From Candidatus Dormiibacterota bacterium (lineage in GTDB: Bacteria > Chloroflexota > Dormibacteria > Aeolococcales > Bog-877), in contig DATLQZ010000074.1 of assembly GCA_035534915.1 (NCBI GenBank), positions 6,167 to 70,166 of the forward strand: a stretch of 64,000 nucleotides of DNA. Direction: 5' to 3'. Shown piece by piece: positions 27,998-36,490 of the stretch (its first letter is position 1; every line of letters starts with the position of its first letter). The position numbers were made by a program, and so were the translations under genes. The notes under the pieces are model-generated. The model saw only the letters and a program-made list of their open reading frames with translations. It did not search any database and had not been told where the DNA came from.

Positions 27998-28690
27998 ATG
28001 GGAACCCTTCATGTGGTGGCGACCCCGATAGGTAACCGGCGGGATCTCTCGCCCCGGGCGGCGGAGATCCTGGGCCAAGTGGAGGTGGTGGTCGCGGAGG
28101 ATACTCGCCACAGCGGTCTCCTGCTGAGCTCCATCGGAGCGCATCCGCGCTACATCTCCCTTCCCGGGGAACGCGAGGGAGCGCGGGTAGCGCAGGTCTT
28201 GGAAGCGCTCTCGGTGGGAGACGTCGCGCTCATATCCGACGCCGGCATGCCCGCTGTCAGCGATCCGGGGCGCCAGGTGGTCGATGCAGCCCGGCGCGCC
28301 GGCCACACCGTGCTGGCGGTGCCCGGGCCGTCCGCTCTGGTAGCGGCGGTGGCCGCCAGTGGACTTCGGGCCGACCGGTTCATCTTTCTGGGTTTCCTGC
28401 CCCGCACCCGCTCCCGGATGTTGCGTCTGCTGCAGGCGGATCCGGAGTTCGCGATGGTCTTCTACGAGTCTCCGCACAGGCTCGCGGCCACGCTGCGCCA
28501 CGCCTCCGAGGTGCTCGGCGACCGGAGAGTGGCGGTGGCTCGTGAGATCTCCAAGTTGCACGAGAGCTGGTACCTGGGGTCAGCCGGAGAGCTGGCGGTC
28601 CTGTTCGCGGAACTGCCAGCTCGCGGCGAGTGCACGGTGGTGGTGGAAGCGGTGCCCAGGGGCGCGGCCAGGCGGGCCGCCGATGGCTGA
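27998..28690 (+). CDS. rsmI: 16S rRNA (cytidine1402-2'-O)-methyltransferase
   Basis: ATG 27998 (TTG 27986 is the alternative). 230 aa with TLHVVATPIGNRRDLSPRAAEIL, VVVAEDTR and SDAGMPAVSDPG. Confidence 0.9.
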   Translation: MGTLHVVATPIGNRRDLSPRAAEILGQVEVVVAEDTRHSGLLLSSIGAHPRYISLPGEREGARVAQVLEALSVGDVALISDAGMPAVSDPGRQVVDAARRAGHTVLAVPGPSALVAAVAASGLRADRFIFLGFLPRTRSRMLRLLQADPEFAMVFYESPHRLAATLRHASEVLGDRRVAVAREISKLHESWYLGSAGELAVLFAELPARGECTVVVEAVPRGAARRAADG

Positions 28691-29477
28691 CCCCTTCCTG
28701 ATCGACGCCCACTGTCATCTCGATGAGGTCGCACGGCGGGGGGTGCCCGTCACTCAGGCGTTGGCCAATGCCCATCGATCTGGAGTTCATCAGGTGGTGA
28801 CCAGCGGCGATGGGCTGCTCGACAGCAGAGAGGCTTGCCGACTGGCGGAACTCCACGAGGAGGTGTTCTTCACCGTCGGCTGGCACCCGATGAACAGGCT
28901 GCCCCCGACCGATTCGGAGGCTGAGGAGTTGCGTCAGCTCCTGAGCCACCCCAAGGCCGTGGCGGTCGGGGAGATCGGGCTCGATTATCTCGAAAGGCCT
29001 GGTCACTTGGAAACTCCCCGCGACCTGCAACGGGAGATGTTCGCCATGATGCTGGTGATGGCGGCAGAACTCCACCTGCCGGCGGTGATCCATCTGCGCC
29101 AAGCTCACTCCGAACTGTTGGAGGTGTTGGACGGCGGCCCTAGCGTGCCGGCGATGCTGCACTGCTTCAGCGGCGACCAGCTGTTCGTGGCTGCGGCCAG
29201 GGAGAGGGGGCTGATGTGCTCCTTTGCCGGCAACGTGACCTTTCGCTCGGCTCGGGAGCTGCAGTCGGCAATTGTGGGCGTTCCATCCGAGTTGTTGCTG
29301 CTGGAGACCGACGCTCCCTTCCTGGCCCCGGATCAATATCGCGGCAAGGTGAATGAGCCGGCGATGTTACGAACGACCGCCACCTGGGTTGCGGCGCGTC
29401 GGGGAGAGTGCTTGGATTCCCTGGCGCGGGTCGTAACCGAGAACATCCGGCAATTCCTACACCTGCCGCCGGCTTGA
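28683..29477 (+). CDS. tatD: TatD-family metal-dependent hydrolase/DNase
   Basis: ATG 28683 overlaps the rsmI end by 8 nt. 264 aa with LIDAHCHLD, GEIGLDY, HCFSG and ETDAPFLAP. Confidence 0.88.
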   Translation: MADPFLIDAHCHLDEVARRGVPVTQALANAHRSGVHQVVTSGDGLLDSREACRLAELHEEVFFTVGWHPMNRLPPTDSEAEELRQLLSHPKAVAVGEIGLDYLERPGHLETPRDLQREMFAMMLVMAAELHLPAVIHLRQAHSELLEVLDGGPSVPAMLHCFSGDQLFVAAARERGLMCSFAGNVTFRSARELQSAIVGVPSELLLLETDAPFLAPDQYRGKVNEPAMLRTTATWVAARRGECLDSLARVVTENIRQFLHLPPA

Positions 29478-30319
29478 CCGCTCCGGACCTGTGTCGGGTC
29501 GAGACCGCGCGCGCGGTCGCCCGCCGCTTCCAGGTCGGCCCGCAGCACAGATTGGGCCAGAACTTCCTGGTAGACGACGCGGTGCGCCAGCGGATCGTCG
29601 CCAGTCTGGGCCCTGAGAGCGGTCAGCTGTTGGAGATCGGGTGCGGCCTCGGCGCGCTCAGCCAGGCGCTGCTTGGCAAGGGGCTGGCCCTGACCGGGCT
29701 GGAGTTTGACCCCGCCTGCGTGGCCGCGCTTCGCCTTCTCCAGGCCGACCACCCCGAGTTCAGGGTTGTTCAGATGGACGCCTTACGCGCCGACCCGCTG
29801 GAGCTGGGGCTCTCGGCGCCATATTCGGTGATCGCGAACCTGCCGTACCAGATCACCGGCGCGATTCTCCCGCTCCTTCTCCGGTGGCACCCAACCCCTG
29901 TGGCATGTCATCTCGTGGTCCAACGGGAGGTGGCGCGGAGGCTGGCCGCCCCCTTGGGTGACTGGTCGCTGGCGACGCTGAGCGTACGAATGGCAGCGGA
30001 CGTGGAGTCGGTCTTCGAAATCCCCCCCGCCAGTTTTTGGCCCGAGCCTAAGGTCCACAGCTCATTTATCGTGGTCCGTCCTCGTGTTGGTCCGGAACGC
30101 CTGCAGCAGGAGGGGATCCTTGACCTGGCTCGGCCCATCTTCCAGCAGCGCCGCAAGCAGCTGCATCATGGACTCGCAAATTCGCTTGGGATCAGCCCAG
30201 GTCGCGCCTCCCAACTGCTCGCGGACGCAGGAATCGATCCCGCTCGCCGGCCCGGCACCCTCACGCCGCGGGAGTGGTTGGATTTGTGGAAAGCCGTTAG
30301 CAGGGAGCCGGCCGGATGA
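29474..30319 (+). CDS. rsmA: 16S rRNA (adenine1518/1519-N6)-dimethyltransferase
   Basis: TTG 29474 overlaps the tatD stop (TTGA). 281 aa with LGQNFLVDDAV, EIGCGLGALS and NLPYQITGAIL. Confidence 0.9.
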   Translation: MTAPDLCRVETARAVARRFQVGPQHRLGQNFLVDDAVRQRIVASLGPESGQLLEIGCGLGALSQALLGKGLALTGLEFDPACVAALRLLQADHPEFRVVQMDALRADPLELGLSAPYSVIANLPYQITGAILPLLLRWHPTPVACHLVVQREVARRLAAPLGDWSLATLSVRMAADVESVFEIPPASFWPEPKVHSSFIVVRPRVGPERLQQEGILDLARPIFQQRRKQLHHGLANSLGISPGRASQLLADAGIDPARRPGTLTPREWLDLWKAVSREPAG

Positions 30320-30332
30320 TATATTCGCCGCC

Positions 30333-31682
30333 ATGACGGCTGTGGGCCAGCAGGTCACGGAGGCTCCGCCGACTGCTCTCCCGGGGCCGTCGGGCTTCCG
30401 CGAGACCCTTCGTAACCGCGACTTCAGGCTGCTGTGGGGAGCCCAGGTGGCGGCGCAACTGGGAGACAAATTCTTTGCCTTCTCCCTGCTGCTGTCGATC
30501 TACTCGCTGACGCATCTCTACCTAAGCGACGCCGCGCTGCTGCTGGCGTACACGATCCCCGCGGTGTTCCTTTCGGTACCGGCTGGGATATTCGCCGACC
30601 GCTACGACAAGAAGACCCTGATGATCTGGACCAACCTGAGCCGCGGGCTCATGGTGCTGGGCGTTCCCGCGCTGGAACTCACCGGGGTCGCCCAGCACCA
30701 AGTCATCCCCCTTTATGTGATCACCTTGGTCTTTGCCGGCGTGGGTCAGCTCTTCGCCCCGGCCGAAGCAGCCAGCATTCCCAGCTTGGTCGACCGCAGT
30801 CAGCTGCCGGCAGCGACTTCCCTGTTCACCGTGACGATCGTCCTCACGATCGTCCTCTCGGTTCCCCTCGCGTCGGTCGCCCAGCGGATCCTCGGGCTGG
30901 AAGGGCCCTACTATTTCGGCTCCGCACTCTTTATGGTGGCTGCGGGGGCTATCTGGCTCATTCGCTCCCGGCTGGCTGCGACTCAGGCTGCCGACTACAA
31001 GCGTCCGGAGGGCAAGACCGGGACGATTCAGGAGGTCAAGGAAGTCCTGGTCGTGATCAGGGAGAGTCGAGTCCTCCCGTTCGCCTTTGGCATGCTGACC
31101 CTGGCCCTGGCGGTCGTGTTCACGATTTTCGCTCTGTCAGCGGGGTACATGCAGCACGTGCTGCTGAGACGGCCGACGGACAGCTACATACTGCTGATCC
31201 CGGCAACCGCTGGAATGGTGTTCACAGGAATGGTGGTGAGCCGCCGCGGCTCTCAGGGCCATGGCGTGCGGACCGTCGTCAGGGGGCTGGTTCTGGCCGG
31301 GGTCGCGATGCTGATATTGGGGATTCTGCCTCCTATCCTGGACCGACTCCACGTGGTGGGGGGATTGGTTCCGCTGGCGATTGTGTTGGCCATCCTCTTT
31401 GGGACCGGGCTCGGCGCGGTGCTCATCCCCTCCCTTGTGCTGATTCAAGAGGCGACTGAGGAGGCCACCCGAGGACGCATCTTCGGGGGCGCGTTCCTGG
31501 CGATCAACCTGGCGATCGCCCTGCCGCTCCTAGTCGCGGGTGCCGTGGCCGATGTTGTCGGATCCAGCGACGTGATTGCCTTCCTGGGCTTGTGCCTGGT
31601 GGTGACCGGCGCGGTTGCGGCGCTGAGGTCGTGGGGCGGAGGAGCGGATGGCGACGGTCCCGCAGCGGTGACGACCGCGTAG
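30333..31682 (+). CDS. MFS transporter
   Basis: ATG 30333. 449 aa with about 12 hydrophobic segments. FRLLWGAQVAAQLGDKF and FADRYDKK are typical of an MFS subfamily. Substrate unknown. Confidence 0.8.
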   Translation: MTAVGQQVTEAPPTALPGPSGFRETLRNRDFRLLWGAQVAAQLGDKFFAFSLLLSIYSLTHLYLSDAALLLAYTIPAVFLSVPAGIFADRYDKKTLMIWTNLSRGLMVLGVPALELTGVAQHQVIPLYVITLVFAGVGQLFAPAEAASIPSLVDRSQLPAATSLFTVTIVLTIVLSVPLASVAQRILGLEGPYYFGSALFMVAAGAIWLIRSRLAATQAADYKRPEGKTGTIQEVKEVLVVIRESRVLPFAFGMLTLALAVVFTIFALSAGYMQHVLLRRPTDSYILLIPATAGMVFTGMVVSRRGSQGHGVRTVVRGLVLAGVAMLILGILPPILDRLHVVGGLVPLAIVLAILFGTGLGAVLIPSLVLIQEATEEATRGRIFGGAFLAINLAIALPLLVAGAVADVVGSSDVIAFLGLCLVVTGAVAALRSWGGGADGDGPAAVTTA

Positions 31683-31686
31683 CGAA

Positions 31687-31926
31687 TTGTCGAAAGTTGT
31701 CTGCGATGGGCCACCAGGCTGTCGGGTGCCCTTCAATGTCGGCATGCGTGCCGTAGTCACCTGCGAGGGATGCGGGTTCCGCCAGGAGGTGGCCCGAGAC
31801 ATTCCCCAGCCCACCAGCTTTCACATCATCTGTCATCGCTGCGAGCAGAGCTTGATGGTGAGTGTCTCGCAGGCTGATATCCACGCCGCCGAGGCGATGT
31901 TGAGGCCCCGTCCGGCGGTTCATTGA
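31687..31926 (+). CDS. small Cys-rich (zinc-ribbon-like) hypothetical protein
   Basis: 79-aa ORF with consistently G/C-rich third codon positions. It has three Cys pairs (CDGPPGC, CEGC, CHRC). The TTG start is uncertain. Confidence 0.45.
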   Translation: MSKVVCDGPPGCRVPFNVGMRAVVTCEGCGFRQEVARDIPQPTSFHIICHRCEQSLMVSVSQADIHAAEAMLRPRPAVH

Positions 31927-31937
31927 TCAGTCGGGGC

Positions 31938-32225
31938 TCAGACCGCCCATCGCGACAAGCCCTGGGGAACCTCCTCCCTCCCCGGCGCTATGGCCGCGAT
32001 CCTGACCTCCTCGCTATCGAAGTCGAGCTGGAGCTGTCGCGACATCGGTAGCAGCCTACCCGAGCGAGCCCGTTCGCTCAGCCGGGCCCTTCGATCTGGG
32101 TCCTCAGCCGAACAGCGGACGCTGCAGTACTTGGCGGTCTGCTTCTTGACCAGGTTGCCACAACCTGACCGAGCGCAGACTCGGAGCGCCAAAGGAGACC
32201 TCTGAGAGGGTGCCACGGGACTCAT
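31938..32225 (-). CDS. small zinc-finger-like hypothetical protein
   Basis: ATG at 32225 (minus strand) is preceded by GGAAGG. 95 aa containing CARSGCGNLVKKQTAKYCSVRCS, a C-x4-C ... YCS-x2-C pattern. The longer track ORF (to 32327) has an implausible N-terminus. Confidence 0.45.
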   Translation of the reverse strand: MSPVAPSQRSPLALRVCARSGCGNLVKKQTAKYCSVRCSAEDPDRRARLSERARSGRLLPMSRQLQLDFDSEEVRIAAIAPGREEVPQGLSRWAV

Positions 32226-32364
32226 ATTAGAGGCCTTCCATGGGGCCATGTCAACGTCAAAACAGGCCAGAAAATCGCCGCATTTCCCCAAACCTTTCCG
32301 GACCCGAGTTGTCCCCACTTTCCCCATCTCGGGGTGTGGACAACCACCGTTGGGTCGGGCCGCG

Positions 32365-32438
32365 TGGGCGCACCAGGAGTCGAACCTGGGGCCTCTACCG
32401 TGTCAGGGTAGCGCTCTAACCACCTGAGCTATGCGCCC
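32365..32438 (-). tRNA. tRNA-Val (anticodon GAC), CCA not encoded
   Basis: The reverse complement reads GGGCGCA-TA-GCTC-AGGTGGTTA-GAGC-G-CTACC-CTGACAC-GGTAG-AGGCC-CCAGG-TTCGACT-CCTGG-TGCGCCC-A. This is a full 74-nt cloverleaf with a 7-bp acceptor stem, a T-loop TTCGACT and an anticodon loop CT-GAC-AC. Confidence 0.92.
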
Positions 32439-32493
32439 GCGGAAGCCGCCGAGTGGGTCGGATTATAGCCGTCGACCGATCCCTGCCCGCTGA

Positions 32494-34269
32494 GTGCCCG
32501 TGGCGGCCGCCTACAATTCCCAGCAGAGCATGCCAGCACCTCATCTCGACCTTGACGTCCTGCGCCACAGCACAGCCCATCTCATGGCTGCGGCGGTCTG
32601 CGAGCTCTTCCCGGGGGCGGAGTATGGGATCGGACCGTCGATCGAGGACGGGTTCTACTACGACTTCCTGCTCCCAGGGGGGGAGCGGTTCACCGAGGAG
32701 GATCTTCCCAGGATCGAGGAGCGCATGCGGGAGATCCAGACTCGGCACCCCGCCTATGAGCGCAGCGAGCTGACAAGGGACAAGGCGCTGGTTGAGTTCC
32801 GGGAGAGATCACAGCGATTCAAGGTGGAGCTCATCGAGCGCATCCCGGCAGACGAGGTCATCAGCTGCTATCGGACCGGAGACTTCTTCGACCTGTGCCG
32901 CGGGCCACACGTCCCGGAGGCTGGCCAGATTCCCGCCTTCAAACTGTTGCACCCGGCAGGGGCCTACTGGCATGGTGACGAGTCTCAGCCCATGCTCCAG
33001 CGGATCTATGGGACGGCCTGGAGCAGCCAGGCGGAGCTTGACCTCTACCTGGAGCGGTTGGAGATGGCCAGGCAGCGTGACCACCGCCGGGTTGGCCGGG
33101 AGCTGGATCTGTTCTCGCTCTCTGAGGAGTTGGGGGGAGGCCTGGTTCTCTGGCACCCGAACGGAGCCACTGTGCGCACGGTGATCGAGGACTACTGGCG
33201 CCAGGAGCACCGGAGTCATGGCTACAAACTGGTCTATACCCCACACGTCGCCCGGGAGCAGCTTTGGGAGACCAGCGGGCACCTGGGTTTCTTCGCCGAC
33301 GAGATGTATGGACCGATGGAAGTTGAGGGGGATCGCTACCGGATCAAGCCGATGAGCTGTCCATTTCACATTCTCATCTTCCAGTCGCGGCAGAGGAGTT
33401 ACCGAGAGTTACCGCTGCGGCTGGCGGAGCTGGCGTCGGTCTACCGATTCCAGCGCAGCGGCACGCTCCACGGGTTGCTTCGAGTTCGAGGCTTCACCCA
33501 GGACGATGCCCACATCTTCTGCACCCCGGAGCAGGCGGAGGCGGAGGTGGCCGGTGTCCTGGACATGGTCCAGGAGATGATGGCCAGGTTCGGGTTCTTA
33601 GAGGTGGAAATCGACCTCAGCACCAAGCCCGCCAAGGCCGCCGGTGAGGACGCCATGTGGGAGGCTGCCGAAGCCGCGTTGGACCGGGCGGTGCGGAGCC
33701 GGGGACTGGACTTTCAGTTAAACCAGGGAGAGGGGGCGTTCTACGGTCCGAAGGTCGACGTCCACATCCGGGACGCCATGGGCCGCCGCTGGCAGTGCGC
33801 CACGGTCCAGTTCGACTTCAACGAGCCGGAGCGGTTCGGCCTGGAGTACATCGGAGCCGATGGCGCCGCCCACCGCCCGCTCATGGTTCACCGCACCCTA
33901 CTGGGATCGATGGAACGATTCTTCGGAGTCCTGCTCGAGCACTACGCGGGCGCCCTGCCCACCTGGCTAAGCCCGGTCCAGGTCCAGCTGCTGACCATCA
34001 CCGATGACCAGCTCGACTATGCTCATCAAGTGGTGTCTCAGCTGGAGGCGGCGGGCTTCAGAGCCGAGGTGGCTGACCGCCCCGGTCGCCAACTTAACGC
34101 CAAGATCAGAGAGGGCCAGTTGGCCAAGATTCCATATTTGGCTGTGGTAGGGAAACGTGAGGTGGAGGCGGGTGCGGTCAACCTGCGCGACACTAGAGGT
34201 GGTGATCAGCAATCGGTAACAGTGGCGCAGCTCCTTGAGAAGCTGCGGGCGGAGACTGCGCCATCCTGA
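32494..34269 (+). CDS. thrS: threonine--tRNA ligase (short form, no N-terminal TGS domain)
   Basis: 591 aa from GTG 32494 (ATG 32530 possible). The editing-domain motif LRHSTAHLMAAAV lies about 25 aa from the N-terminus. The class II core has YRFQRSGTLHGLLRVRGFTQDDAHIF, GEGAFYGPKVD and MVHRTLLGSMERFFG, followed by an anticodon-binding C-terminus. Confidence 0.92.
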   Translation: MPVAAAYNSQQSMPAPHLDLDVLRHSTAHLMAAAVCELFPGAEYGIGPSIEDGFYYDFLLPGGERFTEEDLPRIEERMREIQTRHPAYERSELTRDKALVEFRERSQRFKVELIERIPADEVISCYRTGDFFDLCRGPHVPEAGQIPAFKLLHPAGAYWHGDESQPMLQRIYGTAWSSQAELDLYLERLEMARQRDHRRVGRELDLFSLSEELGGGLVLWHPNGATVRTVIEDYWRQEHRSHGYKLVYTPHVAREQLWETSGHLGFFADEMYGPMEVEGDRYRIKPMSCPFHILIFQSRQRSYRELPLRLAELASVYRFQRSGTLHGLLRVRGFTQDDAHIFCTPEQAEAEVAGVLDMVQEMMARFGFLEVEIDLSTKPAKAAGEDAMWEAAEAALDRAVRSRGLDFQLNQGEGAFYGPKVDVHIRDAMGRRWQCATVQFDFNEPERFGLEYIGADGAAHRPLMVHRTLLGSMERFFGVLLEHYAGALPTWLSPVQVQLLTITDDQLDYAHQVVSQLEAAGFRAEVADRPGRQLNAKIREGQLAKIPYLAVVGKREVEAGAVNLRDTRGGDQQSVTVAQLLEKLRAETAPS

Positions 34270-34344
34270 CCTTGCGAGCCGGGGCTGGGTGGTCCGGCGT
34301 GATAGCATCGGCAACTCGAACTCACCCGTAAGGAGGGCGCGTCC

Positions 34345-34911
34345 ATAGCGTTTCGCGAGCTGCGCATCAACGACCAGATCCGGATCCCGTCACTCCGGCT
34401 CTTCGACGACACCACCGACGAAGCGATAGGCATCGTGACCCTGGCGGAGGCCCAGAAGCTGGCTCAGGAGCGCGGACTCGATCTGGTCGAGGTAGCCCCT
34501 CAGGCTCAACCGCCGGTGTGTCGGCTTATGGACTACGGACGCTTCAAGTTCGAGGCTCTGAAGCGCGAGAAGGAGGCCAAACGGGAGCACAATGCGGTCC
34601 GGCTGAAGGAGATGAAGCTCCGGCCCAAGATCAGCGAGCACGACTTTCAGACCAAGTATGGGTACGTGCGGCACTTCCTGGAGGAGGGTGACAAGGTCAA
34701 GCTCACTATCATGTTCCGTGGCCGGGAGCTCGTCCACCAGGAAATCGGTAGGGCTCTCCTCCAGCGACTGGCGGAGAATGTCAAGGAAGTAGCTATGGTT
34801 GAGCGGCAGCCCCTTCTGGAGGGGCGCAACATGATCATGATTCTGAACCCGCTTCCGAAGAAGCAGATCAGGGGAGAAGCGAAGGAAGATGCCGAAGATC
34901 CGAAGTCATAA
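34345..34911 (+). CDS. infC: translation initiation factor IF-3, non-canonical ATA start
   Basis: The track ORF (34435) lacks the IF-3 N-domain. The same frame upstream reads IAFRELRINDQIRIPSLRLFDDTTDEAIGIV, the conserved IF-3 N-terminus. No ATG/GTG/TTG occurs between the in-frame stops (34300, 34303) and 34435. ATA 34345 lies 8 nt after AGGAGG (34331-34336). Confidence 0.85.
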   Translation: MAFRELRINDQIRIPSLRLFDDTTDEAIGIVTLAEAQKLAQERGLDLVEVAPQAQPPVCRLMDYGRFKFEALKREKEAKREHNAVRLKEMKLRPKISEHDFQTKYGYVRHFLEEGDKVKLTIMFRGRELVHQEIGRALLQRLAENVKEVAMVERQPLLEGRNMIMILNPLPKKQIRGEAKEDAEDPKS

Positions 34912-35092
34912 GGGGACCCAGAAGCGGTTTCGCCTGTCCGGCACGGGCAAGCTGCTGCGCCGAGGCGCCTTCCAGTCGCACATGCTCGAGCACAAGTCGG
35001 CCAAGCGTAAGCGCGGATACGCCCAGACCAAGGCTGTGGTATCTGGGGATGCCAAGTCGATCCGGCGCAATGCGCCGTATCTGGGTCACTGA
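34889..35092 (+). CDS. rpmI: 50S ribosomal protein L35
   Basis: 67 aa: MPKIRSHKGTQKRFRLSGTGKLLRRGAFQSHML. It overlaps the infC end by 23 nt. Confidence 0.92.
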   Translation: MPKIRSHKGTQKRFRLSGTGKLLRRGAFQSHMLEHKSAKRKRGYAQTKAVVSGDAKSIRRNAPYLGH

Positions 35093-35095
35093 CCG

Positions 35096-35458
35096 GTGGC
35101 CAGGGTCAAACGCGGCGTCACGGCGAGGAAGCGGCACAAGCGGGTTCTGGAGCTCGCCTCCGGGCTGACCGGTACTCACAATCGACTGTTTCGGCCGGCC
35201 AACGAGGCGGTCATGCACTCGCTGGCATACCAGTACCGAGATCGCCGCAAGCGCAAGGGGGACTTCCGTCGGCTGTGGATCGCCAGAATCAACGCGGCTT
35301 CCCGGCAGGCGGGGATCCCATACAGCAGATTCATCGCGGCCATCGGTGAGGCCGGCGTGGAGATATCGCGGAAGCAGCTCTCCGAAATGGCGGTGCGGGA
35401 CCCGGGGGCGTTTGAGCAGCTGTTGGCGGTTGCCCGGGAGAAAGTCGCTCCGAAGTGA
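35096..35458 (+). CDS. rplT: 50S ribosomal protein L20
   Basis: 120 aa from GTG 35096, with ARVKRGVTARKRHKRVLELASG and RLWIARINAA. Confidence 0.93.
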   Translation: MARVKRGVTARKRHKRVLELASGLTGTHNRLFRPANEAVMHSLAYQYRDRRKRKGDFRRLWIARINAASRQAGIPYSRFIAAIGEAGVEISRKQLSEMAVRDPGAFEQLLAVAREKVAPK

Positions 35459-36489
35459 CCGGTGACGACCTCCAGGCGCTAGCGCGTAAGGCCCTGGAGG
35501 AGATCGCCCGGGTTGCCGACCTGGACCAGCTGGAGCTGGTCAGGCGTAGGTACATGGCGCGTCACGGCGGTCTCATAACCAGCGTGGCGGCGGAGCTTGG
35601 GGGCCTCACCGGAGATGCCCGTGCGCAAATAGGGAAAGCGTTCAACGCCGCCAAGGTCACGGTCGGGGACGCCTTGGCCGAGCGTCAGCGCGGGCTCGAA
35701 GGGGATGGTGCCGGCGCTGGGCAGGCCGATGAGTGGCTGGACCTATCCCACCCGATCCACCCACTGGGGCGCGGGCATGAACACCCTGTTGCCCGTACGA
35801 TTCGCGAGATCGAGGATATCTTTGCCAAGTTGGGCTACACCTCGGTTGCGGGCCCGGAGATAGAGGACGATCTGCACAACTTCCAGCTCCTCAACATGCC
35901 TCCCGAGCATCCGGCCCGGGATGCGCACGATACCTTCTATCTGACGGGGACAGGCTCGGGGTGGCTGTATCGGACCCACACCTCCCCAATGCAGATGCGC
36001 ACGATGCTCTCCGGGGTTCCCCCATTTAGGATCATCGTCCCGGGCAAGGTAGCTCGTAGGGACAATCCCGACCCCACGCACAATCCGGTGTTTCACCAGG
36101 TAGAAGGACTCTGCGTGGACGAGGGGGTGACGGTGGGAGATCTCAAGGGCACCCTGGAGCATGTGGCTCGCGAGCTCTTTGGGGCGGATCGGGGAGTCAG
36201 ATTGCGGTCGAGCTACTTCCCCTATACCGAGCCTTCCCTGGAGGCGGACGTTGCCTGTGGGATTTGCAAAGGGGCGGGCTGCCGGAGCTGCCACGGCAAG
36301 GGTTGGATAGAGATCCTGGGCTCTGGTATGGTGCATCCGGCGGTGCTGCGCAATGCCGGGGTCGACCCCGAGCGATATAGCGGGTTCGCCTTCGGCATGG
36401 GGCCGGACCGGATCGCGGCACTCCGCTACTCCCTGCGCGACGTACGTGATCTGTACGAGAACGACCTGCGTCTACTGGAGTGCTTCTGA
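35455..36489 (+). CDS. pheS: phenylalanine--tRNA ligase alpha subunit
   Basis: GTG 35455 overlaps the rplT stop (GTGA). 344 aa with HPVARTIREIEDIFAKLGY, FRIIVPGKVARRD and GFAFGMGPDRIA. Confidence 0.93.
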   Translation: MTGDDLQALARKALEEIARVADLDQLELVRRRYMARHGGLITSVAAELGGLTGDARAQIGKAFNAAKVTVGDALAERQRGLEGDGAGAGQADEWLDLSHPIHPLGRGHEHPVARTIREIEDIFAKLGYTSVAGPEIEDDLHNFQLLNMPPEHPARDAHDTFYLTGTGSGWLYRTHTSPMQMRTMLSGVPPFRIIVPGKVARRDNPDPTHNPVFHQVEGLCVDEGVTVGDLKGTLEHVARELFGADRGVRLRSSYFPYTEPSLEADVACGICKGAGCRSCHGKGWIEILGSGMVHPAVLRNAGVDPERYSGFAFGMGPDRIAALRYSLRDVRDLYENDLRLLECF

Positions 36490-36490
36490 G

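Noticed and set aside
28380-29336. 318-aa minus-strand ORF
   Set aside because: It is antisense to the well-supported rsmI and tatD genes, has low-complexity composition and shows no motif.
32226-32438. tRNA-Val flank as an integration site of a mobile element or prophage
   Set aside because: The window contains no integrase, recombinase or transposase, no duplicated copy of the tRNA 3' end and no phage-like genes.
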